Below, piece by piece: positions 26,505-39,223 of a stretch of DNA of 64,000 nt. Positions within the stretch are counted from its first letter, which is position 1; every line of letters begins with the position of its first letter. Source of the stretch: Candidatus Binatia bacterium. Lineage in GTDB: Bacteria > Desulfobacterota > Binatia > Bin18. The translations under genes were made by a program, and so were the position numbers. Where the stretch lies: assembly GCA_965231775.1 (NCBI GenBank), contig OZ246888.1, forward strand, positions 338,853 through 402,852, given 5' to 3'. The notes under the pieces are model-generated. The model worked only from the letters and a program-made list of their open reading frames with translations. It did not search any database and had not been told where the DNA came from.

Positions 26505-27571
26505 AGAAACGCCTGCCATTTATTCTGCTCGGCCTGATCGCCATTGGGGCCGGTCTGTTTCTGTACACGAGAGCCGAGAAGAGCGAGCAACTCTCGTTCA
26601 CCGGTTTTGTTGAGGGCGAGGAGAAAGTCATCAAGAGTGAGATTAGCGGCCGGGTTGAGACCGTAGCGTTTACCGACGGCAGTCAGGTTGAGCAGGGCGA
26701 CCTGCTGGCCGAGATAGACGCGCGGGAATATCGCTCGCAGGTGGTCCAACAGGAGCTCAGCCTGGAACTCCGTAAAGCGAAAATCCGTCAGTTGGAGACC
26801 CAACTCGCCCTTGCCCAAGACACCCATCCGATCCAGCTTCGGACGGCGAAAGCCAATATTGCCAAGGCACGCTCGGACGTCAGCTTTGCCGAAAAAGAAC
26901 TGACGCGGCGGCAGGACCTGCTCGATACGGAATATCTGAGCCAACAGTCCTACGACCGAGCCGAAAATCAACTGGAGACGGCCCAGGCCGTGCTGGCCCG
27001 TGAGCAGGCGGCCCTGGCGCGGGCGGAAGCCAATCTGCGTCAAATAGAACTGGCTGAAAACGCGCTCGAAGTCCAAAAACAGGAACTGGCCGTGGATACC
27101 GAAAAGCTGGGGCAGATGCGTATCATCCTGGACAAATATACGATTCGCGCTCCGTGTGCCTGTACGGTGCAGACCCGTTTGATCCGCGCCGGCGAGTACG
27201 TCAATCCGGGCACGGGCGTTGCGACCCTGCTGGACCCACTCGATAAATATGTTCGCGTCTACGTTCCCGTACCCGACCTGGGCAAAGTCCATATTGGCGA
27301 CACGGTCAGCGTTGAACCCGATGCCCTGCCCGGTGTGTTGATTCCCGGTGAGATCAGCTTCATCCAAGACATCGCCCAGTTCACGCCCAAGAATATTGAA
27401 ATCAAGAGTGACCGCATGACCCAGGTGTTTGCGACCAAAGTGCGCATTTTAGACCAACTCGAACGCCTGAAACCGGGCATGGAAGGCACCGTGTACCTGA
27501 ACGGCGCGCGTCAGCCCGCGCAGCCGGACGAGCCGGCGGAGCGTCCCCAAGAGGCGCAGTCCTCGCCATGA
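26501..27571 (+). CDS. HlyD-family efflux periplasmic adaptor
   Basis: N-terminal TM then long coiled-coil. HlyD-like beta-barrel region. First gene of the ABC cluster. Confidence 0.8.
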   Translation: MKKRLPFILLGLIAIGAGLFLYTRAEKSEQLSFTGFVEGEEKVIKSEISGRVETVAFTDGSQVEQGDLLAEIDAREYRSQVVQQELSLELRKAKIRQLETQLALAQDTHPIQLRTAKANIAKARSDVSFAEKELTRRQDLLDTEYLSQQSYDRAENQLETAQAVLAREQAALARAEANLRQIELAENALEVQKQELAVDTEKLGQMRIILDKYTIRAPCACTVQTRLIRAGEYVNPGTGVATLLDPLDKYVRVYVPVPDLGKVHIGDTVSVEPDALPGVLIPGEISFIQDIAQFTPKNIEIKSDRMTQVFATKVRILDQLERLKPGMEGTVYLNGARQPAQPDEPAERPQEAQSSP

Positions 27572-28500
27572 CAGCACCGGTTGTCAGCCTGACGCAGCTC
27601 CATAAGCAGTTCGATGCCAGCGTCGCTCTGGACGGGATTGATCTCGTCATTGAGCGGCCGTGCATCTTTGGTGTGGTCGGCCCGGATGGCGCGGGCAAGA
27701 CCACCCTGTTGCGCTCTCTGGTTGGGCTGCTGGAGTTTGAGGCCGCCCAGGCCCACGTCTTGGGCTATGATGTCGTGCGCGAACCGCACCGCATCCGAGA
27801 ACATCTCGGCTATGTGCCGCAGGCGTTTGGGCTCTACCCTGAACTCAGCGTGCTGCATAACCTCAGGTTCTTTGCCGATATCCACGGCATTGCGGCTGCC
27901 ACGTTTCAGCAGCGCGCAGACGAGTTGCTGACGATTGCCGGGCTCAAGGATTTTCACACCCGCCTGACCGGCGATCTGTCGGGCGGGATGAAACAAAAGC
28001 TGGCGGTGATCTGTGCGTTGATCCATCGCCCCGAACTCTTGATCTTAGACGAGCCGAACAACGGCGTGGATGTCATCGCCCGGGCTGAGGTGTGGGAAAT
28101 TCTGCGCCACTTGCCGGACGTGACCATCATCATGTCCACCGGCTATCTTGACGAGGCCGAGCGGTGCGACGAGCTGATCTATCTGTATGAGGGCCGTATC
28201 CGTACCCGTGGCACGCCGGATGCCATTCGGTCGAACTACCCGTATCGGGCCTATCGGCTGGTCGGCAGGAACGTGGAGGCGGCGCTCGCCGCCCTCCAGC
28301 CCGCGGCCTGGCTCGTCCGAACGCAAACGCTGGCCGGCAGCGTCGTGCTGGAGGCAACGGCCGAGATTGCCCAAGTCCGCGCCGGGCTGCACGAGCTGGG
28401 CACGGCGGAGGTGTGGGTCGAGCCGCTGCCGCCGACCCTGGAGTTGGTCTTCACGCATCTGACCCACGAGGCCCAGGCCGATGACGCAGGCGGCCACTAG
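27568..28500 (+). CDS. ABC transporter ATP-binding protein
   Basis: Walker A GPDGAGKTT. LSGGMKQKL signature. Walker B LILDEP. Confidence 0.9.
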   Translation: MTAPVVSLTQLHKQFDASVALDGIDLVIERPCIFGVVGPDGAGKTTLLRSLVGLLEFEAAQAHVLGYDVVREPHRIREHLGYVPQAFGLYPELSVLHNLRFFADIHGIAAATFQQRADELLTIAGLKDFHTRLTGDLSGGMKQKLAVICALIHRPELLILDEPNNGVDVIARAEVWEILRHLPDVTIIMSTGYLDEAERCDELIYLYEGRIRTRGTPDAIRSNYPYRAYRLVGRNVEAALAALQPAAWLVRTQTLAGSVVLEATAEIAQVRAGLHELGTAEVWVEPLPPTLELVFTHLTHEAQADDAGGH

Positions 28501-29443
28501 CGCAGACGCGGTTCTTATCGCCGAAGACCTGACGCGGCGCTTTGGCGATTTTACGGCGGTCGACCGCGTCAGCTTTCAGGTGCGGCGGGGTGAGGTTTTC
28601 GGCTTCCTGGGCTCCAATGGGGGCGGCAAGTCCACCACGATTCGGATGTTCTGCGGCTTATTGGCCCCAACCGAGGGGACGGCCCGGGTTGCGGGCCTGG
28701 ATATTCAGACCCAGGCCGAAGCCGTGCGCGCGCGTATCGGCTATATGTCCCAGAAAGTTTCCCTCTATGCCAATCTGACCGTGGCGGAAAACCTCCGGTT
28801 TTTTTCCGGCCTGTACGGGGTGCCGAGTCAAAAAGTCGAACACCAGAAGCAGCACTTCTATCCCCGTCTGGGTCTGGAGGGGCTCGACCGGTCTTTTGTG
28901 CACTCCCTGCCGAGCGGCATCAAGCATCGGATCGCCCTGGTCTGCTCTCTGCTGCACGACCCGGACATCATCTTTCTGGACGAGCCGACGGCCGGGGTGG
29001 ACGTTGTCAATCGCCAGGTCTTCTGGCGATTGATCCGCGAGTTGGCCCAGGAGGGCCGGACGCTGTTTGTCACCACCCATTACCTGGACGAGATGGAGTA
29101 CACCGACCGGATGGGCTTTATTGATCGCGGCGAGTTGATCGGTCTGGATACCCCGACCGGCCTCAAAATCCAGTTCGCCGGCGGCTATCGGGTGCGCCTG
29201 GTCCATACGGATCAAACCGTTGCGCACAACGCGGCCCAACGCCTGGCCGAAACCCATCATATTCGGCGGCCTGAGGCGCAGGCCGCCTTGCTCCTCCTGC
29301 CTGATGACGCGGCACAGACGCTTCAACAGCTCCGCCAGGCGTTGATGGCGATCGATCCCGGACTGGGCTTCGCCCCGGCCCTGCCTTCCATTGAAGAGGT
29401 GTTTGCCGGCATGATACGCCAACGCCAGGAGGCGCATTCATGA
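28481..29443 (+). CDS. ABC transporter ATP-binding protein
   Basis: GSNGGGKSTT. LPSGIKHRI. IFLDEPT. Confidence 0.9.
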   Translation: MTQAATSADAVLIAEDLTRRFGDFTAVDRVSFQVRRGEVFGFLGSNGGGKSTTIRMFCGLLAPTEGTARVAGLDIQTQAEAVRARIGYMSQKVSLYANLTVAENLRFFSGLYGVPSQKVEHQKQHFYPRLGLEGLDRSFVHSLPSGIKHRIALVCSLLHDPDIIFLDEPTAGVDVVNRQVFWRLIRELAQEGRTLFVTTHYLDEMEYTDRMGFIDRGELIGLDTPTGLKIQFAGGYRVRLVHTDQTVAHNAAQRLAETHHIRRPEAQAALLLLPDDAAQTLQQLRQALMAIDPGLGFAPALPSIEEVFAGMIRQRQEAHS

Positions 29444-30585
29444 GCCGCTTACGGGTCAAGCTGGCACGCCTGCTGACCTTGCTGTGGCGCGAATCACTGG
29501 AACTGCGCCGTGACCGTTTTACGCTGGGCGTCCTGTTTCTGATGCCGGTCCTGCAACTGGTGCTGTTCTCCTACATCATTACCACTGACTTCGATCATCT
29601 GCCCTTGGGTGTCCTGGATCAGTCCCGGACCCGTCACAGTCGAGCCTTGCTGGAAGCCATCGAATCCACCGGCTATTTCAGCGTTTTGCCGCTGCGTGAC
29701 CTGGACGAAATCCATCACATGTTCGGCCGGGAACAGAGCCGGGCCGCTTTGGTCATCCCGTCGAACTTCAGCGAGACCATCGTCAACGGCAAAGAGGTGA
29801 GACTGGGGCTCCTGCTGGACGGCTCAGACACGACCCTGAGTACCAGTACCGAAGGGTTTCTGACGGCTATTGCGAGGACCTATTACACCCAGAGCCGGCT
29901 GGAGCGCAGCCCGCCCACGGAACGCAATCTCCGACCGGTCGGGCAGGTGACGACGACCCGGCGGGTGCTGTTCAACCCGAGCCTGTCGGGCACGGCCTAT
30001 ATGATCCCCGGCCTGCTGGGGTTGATCACCCTTTTTGTGACCGTGCTGAACACCACCCTGGCCATGGTCCGTGAGCGCGATGCCGGTACGCTCGAACAAC
30101 TCCTGGTCACCCCGGTGACGTCAACCGAGGTGGTGTTCGGGAAGATTCTGCCCTTTGGCGGGGTCGCCCTGGTGGCGGCGATGCTCATCGTGGTGGTGGG
30201 CTGGCTGTTCTTTGGCGTGATTCCCAAGGGCAGCCTGCTGCTGCTGCTGGCGGTGACGCCCATCTTTTTGCTGATCGGCCTGTCCATCGGCCTGCTCATC
30301 TCAAACTCGGCCACCTCGTCCGGGGAAGCCGTCGAACGCTCGGTCTTAACCATGGTGCCTCAGTTGATGCTCTCAGACGCCATTTTTCCGCTGTCGCTCA
30401 TGGCGACGCCCTTCCAGATCATTGGGGAGATCATCCCCCTGACCCACTATATACGGATTACGCGGGGGATTTATCTCAAGGGCCAGGGGCTGGATGAACT
30501 CTGGATCGAAATCGCCTTTTTGGTCGGCTTTCTGGTGTTGCTGCTGGTGCGCGCGGCCAAGGGGATTCAGAAGCAGGCGGCATAA
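29440..30585 (+). CDS. ABC-2 family transporter permease
   Basis: N-terminal TM, large periplasmic loop, then a cluster of C-terminal TMs. Confidence 0.8.
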   Translation: MSRLRVKLARLLTLLWRESLELRRDRFTLGVLFLMPVLQLVLFSYIITTDFDHLPLGVLDQSRTRHSRALLEAIESTGYFSVLPLRDLDEIHHMFGREQSRAALVIPSNFSETIVNGKEVRLGLLLDGSDTTLSTSTEGFLTAIARTYYTQSRLERSPPTERNLRPVGQVTTTRRVLFNPSLSGTAYMIPGLLGLITLFVTVLNTTLAMVRERDAGTLEQLLVTPVTSTEVVFGKILPFGGVALVAAMLIVVVGWLFFGVIPKGSLLLLLAVTPIFLLIGLSIGLLISNSATSSGEAVERSVLTMVPQLMLSDAIFPLSLMATPFQIIGEIIPLTHYIRITRGIYLKGQGLDELWIEIAFLVGFLVLLLVRAAKGIQKQAA

Positions 30586-30597
30586 GGATTGAGGCGT

Positions 30598-31725
30598 ATG
30601 CGTTTCCGCAATGTTTTGGCCATGGTCCGCAAAGAGGGCCGGACCATGTTGCACGATCATGCCCTGCTGGCCGCCATCCTGGCCCAGCCGGTGCTGTATC
30701 TCATCCTGTTTGGTCTGGCGATCACCAACGACGTCAATGATGCCCCCTGGATCGTGTACGACCAGTCGCAGTCGGTCATCTCGCGCCGGCTCATTCGTGA
30801 TCTGTCTTCCATGACGGCTCTCCAGCCGCCGGCGTTGGCCTCAAGCGAGGGCGCGGTCGTCGACTTCCTGCGTCGGCAGGACGGTATGGTCGGCGTGGTG
30901 GTTCCCTGGAACTTCGACGACAAACTCCAGCGCGGCGAGCCCGCTCCCATCCAGGTCTTGATTAATGGCGCCAAGCCCACCAGCGCCCTGCGCCTGACCA
31001 ATTATATCAACCAGGCGGCCGGCGCGTTTTCTCTCAGCCAGCTCCCCAGCCGCGACCGCGCCGAACGGCGCGTGACGAACGCCGCCATCTCTATCGAAAA
31101 ACGCTATTGGTACAACCCCGGTATTCAGGATCGCTACGGCTTCCTGTCCGCCATGCCGGCCAATATGCTGACCCAGATTCTGTTTATGATCGCCGCGATC
31201 TCGCTGGTCCGCGAACGCGAACGCGGCACCTTTGAGCAGTTGTTGTCTACGCCGCTGTCGCTCACCGAGATTATGGTCGGCAAAATGTTGCCCTATGTGG
31301 GCGTGGGCTATCTGGGCTTGTGCATTATGCTGACCGGTAGCTATCTCTGCTTCGGTATCAGCGTGCAGGGCAGTCTGCCGCTGCTGTTTGCGGTCGCCTT
31401 GGTGTTTATGCTGGCGACGCTGGCGTTTGGCATTTTCTGCTCGGCCTGGGCGGATAACCAGCAGCAGGCGATTTTTCTGAGCTTCTTTGTGATGTTTCCT
31501 TCGGTGATTATCACCGGCATCCTGGTCCCGACCGAGAATTATCCACCCTTCGTCAGCTTCCTGTCCCACTGCCTGCCCGCCCGCTATTTCGCCCATGCGC
31601 TGCGCTCCATTATTCTGAAAGGGGGCGACTTTGCCGCCGTCGCTCAGGATTTCATTTTTCTGACGAGCTTTTTTCTGGTCGCGTTGTGGGCCGCGGTCAA
31701 GGTCACCAAGCCCAAGCTGGGCTGA
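30598..31725 (+). CDS. ABC-2 family transporter permease
   Basis: Same architecture as the preceding gene. ATG at 30598. Confidence 0.8.
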   Translation: MRFRNVLAMVRKEGRTMLHDHALLAAILAQPVLYLILFGLAITNDVNDAPWIVYDQSQSVISRRLIRDLSSMTALQPPALASSEGAVVDFLRRQDGMVGVVVPWNFDDKLQRGEPAPIQVLINGAKPTSALRLTNYINQAAGAFSLSQLPSRDRAERRVTNAAISIEKRYWYNPGIQDRYGFLSAMPANMLTQILFMIAAISLVRERERGTFEQLLSTPLSLTEIMVGKMLPYVGVGYLGLCIMLTGSYLCFGISVQGSLPLLFAVALVFMLATLAFGIFCSAWADNQQQAIFLSFFVMFPSVIITGILVPTENYPPFVSFLSHCLPARYFAHALRSIILKGGDFAAVAQDFIFLTSFFLVALWAAVKVTKPKLG

Positions 31726-31842
31726 TCGCCGCTACAGGAGGGCGGGTTCAACATCTGCCCCTACTCACCGGACAGTACTCGTGCTATGGCGCAAAAAGAC
31801 CGCAGGACCGAAACCCACCCCGAGCTGGAGGAGAGGCAGGCC

Positions 31843-33339
31843 ATGTCATTCAAGCTGGAAGAAACGACTATCGCACAGATTCACACCGCCCTGCGCGCCG
31901 GTGAAATAACCTGCGTCGATCTTGTAAACGGCTATCTTGCCCGAATTGAGGCATACGACCGGCGCGGCCCGACAATTAATTCCATCGTGACCGTGAATCC
32001 GCACGCTCGGGACGAGGCCGCCCGGCTTGATGCCCAGCTCGCAACGTCCGGCCAGTTGTCAGGCCCGTTGCACGGCATCCCCGTTGTGGTGAAGGATCAG
32101 GCGGAAACGGCCGGGATTATGACCTGCTTTGGCTCGATAGCCTTGGACGGTTATATTCCCACCAAAGATGCGACCGCGATAGCCAAGCTCCATGCCGCCG
32201 GAGCGATCATTCTGGCCAAGACGGCCATGCCGGACTTTGCCACCTCCTGGTTCGGCTACTCGTCCAAGTCCGGCACAACCAGGAACCCGTATGAGCTGGC
32301 GCACGACCCGGGCGGCTCCAGCGGCGGCACCGGTGCGGCGGTGGCCGCTAATCTGGGGGCTATTGGGTTGGGTGAGGACACCGGCGGCTCGATCCGTCTG
32401 CCGTCTTCGTTCGATAATCTGGTCGGCCTCAAGGTCACACCCGGCCTCATCAGTCGGGCCGGCATGTCGCCGCTGGTGGTCTTTCAGGATTCTGCCGGAC
32501 CCATGTGTCGCACCGTGACGGATACGGCAAAAATGCTTGAGGTATTAGTTGGATTTGACCCGGCCGACCCATACACGGCGACGGCTGCTATTGCGGGCGC
32601 CGTCAAATATTCGGAACGGCTCGACAAGGCCGCCCTCTCGGCTGCCCGGATCGGTGTGGTCCGCCAGGTATTTGGGGATGCTTCCGACCCGCAGGCCGCC
32701 GAGGTCAATGCGGTCATCGAAGCGGCACTGGCAGCGATGGTCACCGCAGGCGCAACTCCGGTTGATATCGCGATCCCCGATCTACAGCACTATATCGAAT
32801 TATCTTCGATGTACGTTACGCATTCGCGCCACGATATCGACGGCTTTTTGGCAGCCCGCCCTCAACTGCCGCTGAAAACGTTGAAAGACATCGTCGATGC
32901 TAAAAAATACCACCCCAAATGCGACCTCATTGATGCCCTGGTCGAAGGCCCCGAAGACCCCTACTCCGACCCTGAGTACTATCAGCGCTATACCGCCCGC
33001 GAACAGTTCCAGCGGGTCGTGATCAACGAGATGGCAAAGGTCGGGGCAACAGCGCTCGTCTTTCCCACCACGCAAGTGCCCTCGCCGTCGAGGGCGGAGC
33101 TTGATGCGGGTAAATGGCCTCTGTTGGATTTCCCGACCAATACGCTCATCGCCGCCCAGACCTGGATGCCCGCCGTGAGCGTGCCGGCGGGCTTTACACC
33201 CAACGGTCTGCCCGTGGGTCTGGAGATCGTCGGCTTCCCGTATCGTGAAGCCGAGCTCCTTTCGTTGGCCTACGCGTATGAACAGCTCACCCGGCACCGC
33301 ACACCGTCCGTCCACGTTCCTGAGTTGACGGGGCAATAG
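31843..33339 (+). CDS. amidase (amidase-signature family)
   Basis: GGSSGGTGAAVAANLGAIGLGEDTGGSIRLPSS is the AS-family signature. RBS ggaggag precedes the ATG at 31843. Confidence 0.85.
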   Translation: MSFKLEETTIAQIHTALRAGEITCVDLVNGYLARIEAYDRRGPTINSIVTVNPHARDEAARLDAQLATSGQLSGPLHGIPVVVKDQAETAGIMTCFGSIALDGYIPTKDATAIAKLHAAGAIILAKTAMPDFATSWFGYSSKSGTTRNPYELAHDPGGSSGGTGAAVAANLGAIGLGEDTGGSIRLPSSFDNLVGLKVTPGLISRAGMSPLVVFQDSAGPMCRTVTDTAKMLEVLVGFDPADPYTATAAIAGAVKYSERLDKAALSAARIGVVRQVFGDASDPQAAEVNAVIEAALAAMVTAGATPVDIAIPDLQHYIELSSMYVTHSRHDIDGFLAARPQLPLKTLKDIVDAKKYHPKCDLIDALVEGPEDPYSDPEYYQRYTAREQFQRVVINEMAKVGATALVFPTTQVPSPSRAELDAGKWPLLDFPTNTLIAAQTWMPAVSVPAGFTPNGLPVGLEIVGFPYREAELLSLAYAYEQLTRHRTPSVHVPELTGQ

Positions 33340-33342
33340 GAT

Positions 33343-34632
33343 TCAGACCCGCTCCGTATCGAAGAAGCGCAGCAATATCCGGTGCAGATGAAACGCGTCG
33401 GCGGTCCCCGCGACCTCCCGAATAGAATGCATCGCCCACTGCGGGACGCCGACATCTATGGTGCGCACCCCAATCTCAGCCGCGGTCAGTGGTCCGATGG
33501 TGCTGCCACAGGCCATGTCGCTCCGTACGACAAATGCCTGGACCGGTACGTCCCTGTCCGCGGCCAGTTTGTGCAGGATGGCGCTGGTTTCGCTGTTGCT
33601 CGCATAGCGTTGGTTGGCATTGAGTTTGATGACCACGCCGTGATTCAGGCGGGGGCCGTGGTTGTCGTCGTGCCGGTCGGAAAAATTCGGATGCACGCCG
33701 TGGGCATTATCGGTCGAGATCAGCATGGAGCGGGCCAGGGCGCGTCCGCGCTCTTCCGCGTCCGGCATGACGCGTTCCAGCATGTGTTTCAGCATGGGTC
33801 CACACGCACCGGATGCCGACGTGCTGCCAACCTCTTCGTGATCGTTGCACACCAGCAACGCGCCGTGTTCGCTAGCGCTCGTCGTCAGGGCCTGGAGGCC
33901 GACAAAACAGCTTAATAAGTTGTCCAGGCGGGCCGAGGTGATGAACTCGTTTGCCAGGCCGACAAGCTGCGGCGGCTGGGTGTCATAAAAAAACAATTCG
34001 TAGTCCAGTACCCGAAGGACATCGGTGACGCCGTCCGCTGCGAGTCGCTTCTGCAGGAGCGCCTTGAAATCCGGCTTCTCACCAGCTTGACCGACGATGG
34101 GTGGCAGATAGGTCTGGGCGTTGATGGAGCGGCTCTTATTCGCCTCGCGGTCGAGATGAATGGCCAGGCTGGGAATAACGGCCATCGCTTGAGCGAAATC
34201 GAACAGCGCGTGGGCTACCTCGTTCCGCTGATTCAGATAACTGACCCGCCCGGCAATCGATAAATCGCGATCAAACCACGGGTTGAGCAGCGCGCCGCCA
34301 TAGACCTCGACCCCGAGTTGCAGATAGCCGTGGCGATGCAGTTCGGGCTGAGGCTTGACCTTCAGGCATGGCGAATCCGTGTGGGCGCCGACCAGGCGAA
34401 AGCCACTCTCGGCCAGGGGGCAGCGCGCCGGCATCCTCCAGGCAATAAGGGCCGAGTCGTTGCGGCTGAGCCAATAGCGACCGCCTGGGACGAGTTGCCA
34501 CGCCTCGGCCTCGTCCAGGTGCTCAAAGCCCGCGTCCGACAGCCGCGCGGTCATCTGGGCGACCGCGTGGAACGGAGTTGGCGATGATGCTAAGAATTCG
34601 ATCAGAGCCTGGTTGAACTGGTGTTGATCCAT
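33343..34632 (-). CDS. M18-family aminopeptidase
   Basis: Overall similarity pattern to aspartyl aminopeptidase (HTDSPCLKVKP..., HEEVGS). Confidence 0.75.
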   Translation of the reverse strand: MDQHQFNQALIEFLASSPTPFHAVAQMTARLSDAGFEHLDEAEAWQLVPGGRYWLSRNDSALIAWRMPARCPLAESGFRLVGAHTDSPCLKVKPQPELHRHGYLQLGVEVYGGALLNPWFDRDLSIAGRVSYLNQRNEVAHALFDFAQAMAVIPSLAIHLDREANKSRSINAQTYLPPIVGQAGEKPDFKALLQKRLAADGVTDVLRVLDYELFFYDTQPPQLVGLANEFITSARLDNLLSCFVGLQALTTSASEHGALLVCNDHEEVGSTSASGACGPMLKHMLERVMPDAEERGRALARSMLISTDNAHGVHPNFSDRHDDNHGPRLNHGVVIKLNANQRYASNSETSAILHKLAADRDVPVQAFVVRSDMACGSTIGPLTAAEIGVRTIDVGVPQWAMHSIREVAGTADAFHLHRILLRFFDTERV

Positions 34633-34757
34633 TGCTCCCTCCGCTCGTCACCGGGTGTGTAGATACGTAGATTTTCCAATACCACGAAGCGTCCAATGCG
34701 AGCCACGGCCATGAACGGAACGGCTATGAAAAGAAAACTGGGCGCGGGGAGGCTGAT

Positions 34758-34984
34758 ATGCACGGCATCACACTAGCACTGATCGCGTGGGCGCTTCTCC
34801 TTCCGTGGCTGCTACCGTCTTGGGCCTATGCTCATAGGGGCTTCGGACCGGCGGAGTTGGGCCTGCCGCTCGGAGCAACGGTGGGGCTCGGCGTTGTGTG
34901 CTATTGGGTCGTGATGCTCTGGCCCGCGTCGAAGAAGAAAGACTCCTCGGTACGGTCGGGGCGACGCATGCATCGCCCCGACTC

Positions 34985-34988
<4 letters not shown>
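34758..34988 (+). CDS. hypothetical small membrane protein
   Basis: RBS ggggagg precedes the ATG. Two hydrophobic helices. No recognised family. Confidence 0.3.
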
Positions 34989-37075
<2,087 letters not shown>

Positions 37076-37156
37076 AGTGCCACCTTCCTTCACTCCTGGT
37101 TCTCTCTTCCGCTGGGTTTGATGTCGAGTTCTTCCGTGCTGGCCAGCCTGTGACTC

Positions 37157-39223
37157 CTACAGCTCGCGACCACATTGCTCACCGTCAAAAATGGCCGCCG
37201 TCACATCTCGCGGGGCAGCTACATCGCCGATTCTGACGACTTCCGGGAAAGAATCTTTGGCCGCAACATAGAGTGCATCGTTGGGCGCGCGAAGAATCGA
37301 CATCACCACGCTATCGATCCGCTCTCGGGTTTCCAGTACTTCCGGCCCGACCCAGATATCATACACGTCGACTTCGCCAGGACGGATCGCTTCGACAAAA
37401 TATTGCTGGGTAATCCGTACGCCCAGCTGCTTCAGCCTCGGAAAGATATACATGATATCCAGGTTGCGAAAGAGGCGTTCGCCGGCAAACATGCGCGGGC
37501 TGAGGATTTCGACCTCCACCCCTGCTTTGGCCAGCACCTGGGCCAGGGCAAAAGGCAAATGGCTGCCCGTTTCATCCAGGATGAGCACGCGTGAGCCGAG
37601 TGCCTGGGTGTCTTCGAGGGCTCGCTTGGTTGCCGTGCCAACATCAAGCACGTGGGGGAGATCAGTTCCGGGAATGGCTTGGCGCTCAGGACGATAGAGG
37701 CTCTCACCAGTGCATTCGTAAGAGGCGCCGGTTGCAACCACAACGCTGGAGGCCTCGATATCCCGCAGGGATTGCCGGGTGACCTCAAGGCCGCAGCGGA
37801 CATCGACTCTCGCATTCTCGACCTCTCGCTCCAGGTTGTCGATCGCAATCGACCAGTCTGCCATTCCTGGCAGTTGTTCAAGCACGCGCAAATGGCCGCC
37901 TAGCTTGTCAGCGCGTTCAAGCAAGGTGACTGCGTGACCGCGCTTGGCCGCAACCGCGGCGGCTTTCATCCCAGCGGGCCCGCCACCGATGACCACAATA
38001 TGCTTTTGGTCCGCCTCCGGGACGCTCTTGAGCGAACCCTCTCCCCAGTAGGCTTCTCTGCCGCTGACCGGATTCAGGGTGCAGACGAGTTCACGGTGTT
38101 CAAACAGCCGCGCCCCGCATTCATTACATCGGTTGCAGCGGATGATCTCGTGTTCGCGGCCTTCGCGCGTCTTTTTCACCGTAAAGGGATCGGTCAGGAG
38201 CTGTCTGGCCAAGGCGACCATGTCTGCGGCGTCGCTTGCCAAGATGGCTTCCGCCGTGTGCAGATCACGGACCTTCCCCACAACAAAGACCTTGCCACGG
38301 TCGCCAACGATTTCTTTGGCGCGTTTACTGAACGGCGCCAGCCAGCCATCCGGCTCGTCCCCTTCCATACTGGGCAGCGCCAGATGGAGGGTGTGGTAGC
38401 CACCAGCCGAGATGTTGAAGAAGTCAAACAAGCCGGTCGCCGCCAGCACCTCGACCTGTTCTTCCGCCTGCTCCGGGGTAATCCCGCCCGCGGGGCCCAG
38501 GAATTCATCCCACGACAGCCGCACCCCTACCACAAAATCGGCCCCAACCCGCTTCCGTACCTGCTCGGCGCATTCGATGAGCAGTTGACAGCGCTTGGCC
38601 GGTGTCCCGCCGTAGGCGTCGTCGCGCTTATTATAGGTCGGGCTCATAAACTGGCCCAGGCCGTAGCTATGCGCGCCGTGCAACTCGACCCCGTCAAGTC
38701 CGGCTCGCTTGACGTTGGCCGCCGACTGCCCGAAGTCGCGGGTTAATTCCGCGATTTCGTCGGTCCCCATCACCAGGGGGATTTCGTTGTGGACGACCGA
38801 GGGGATACGTGACGCACCCCAGATGGGTTTGTTGCGGTCGATGAACATCCGGCCACGATCGTGGACACCCATGGAGGCGAGCTGGACAAAGATGCTGGTG
38901 TCATGCTGATGCACGGCGGCGGCCAGCTTGCTCATGGAGGGAATACAACCTTCATTCCAGACATCAACGATATGGAAAAACGAACCCAGCGCGCTCCGGG
39001 CTGCCGCCACGGTTTCGGTAATGCACAGCGCAACACCACCTTTGGCGCGCTCGCGAAAATAGGCGATCTGTCGGTCAGAGAACACATGGTCGCGCGGGTC
39101 GCCGTGCTGCGAGCTATGGGCCGGTTGCAGAATACGATTCCGCAGGGTGAGAGTGCCGAGTTGCAGCGGCTCCCACACGCGTGACAGATCGGAACTTTGT
39201 GGTTGCTGTGCCGACGTGCTCAT
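37157..39223 (-). CDS. 2,4-dienoyl-CoA reductase-like (OYE TIM barrel fused to FAD/NAD-binding oxidoreductase)
   Basis: N-terminal old-yellow-enzyme-like barrel. C-terminal GGGPAGMKAA dinucleotide-binding motif. Confidence 0.75.
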   Translation of the reverse strand: MSTSAQQPQSSDLSRVWEPLQLGTLTLRNRILQPAHSSQHGDPRDHVFSDRQIAYFRERAKGGVALCITETVAAARSALGSFFHIVDVWNEGCIPSMSKLAAAVHQHDTSIFVQLASMGVHDRGRMFIDRNKPIWGASRIPSVVHNEIPLVMGTDEIAELTRDFGQSAANVKRAGLDGVELHGAHSYGLGQFMSPTYNKRDDAYGGTPAKRCQLLIECAEQVRKRVGADFVVGVRLSWDEFLGPAGGITPEQAEEQVEVLAATGLFDFFNISAGGYHTLHLALPSMEGDEPDGWLAPFSKRAKEIVGDRGKVFVVGKVRDLHTAEAILASDAADMVALARQLLTDPFTVKKTREGREHEIIRCNRCNECGARLFEHRELVCTLNPVSGREAYWGEGSLKSVPEADQKHIVVIGGGPAGMKAAAVAAKRGHAVTLLERADKLGGHLRVLEQLPGMADWSIAIDNLEREVENARVDVRCGLEVTRQSLRDIEASSVVVATGASYECTGESLYRPERQAIPGTDLPHVLDVGTATKRALEDTQALGSRVLILDETGSHLPFALAQVLAKAGVEVEILSPRMFAGERLFRNLDIMYIFPRLKQLGVRITQQYFVEAIRPGEVDVYDIWVGPEVLETRERIDSVVMSILRAPNDALYVAAKDSFPEVVRIGDVAAPRDVTAAIFDGEQCGREL

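Noticed and set aside
26129-27367. 412-aa ORF on the minus strand
   Set aside because: Antisense to the well-supported HlyD adaptor gene. It is low-complexity Arg/Gly/Leu-rich with no motif, a typical GC-rich antisense artefact.
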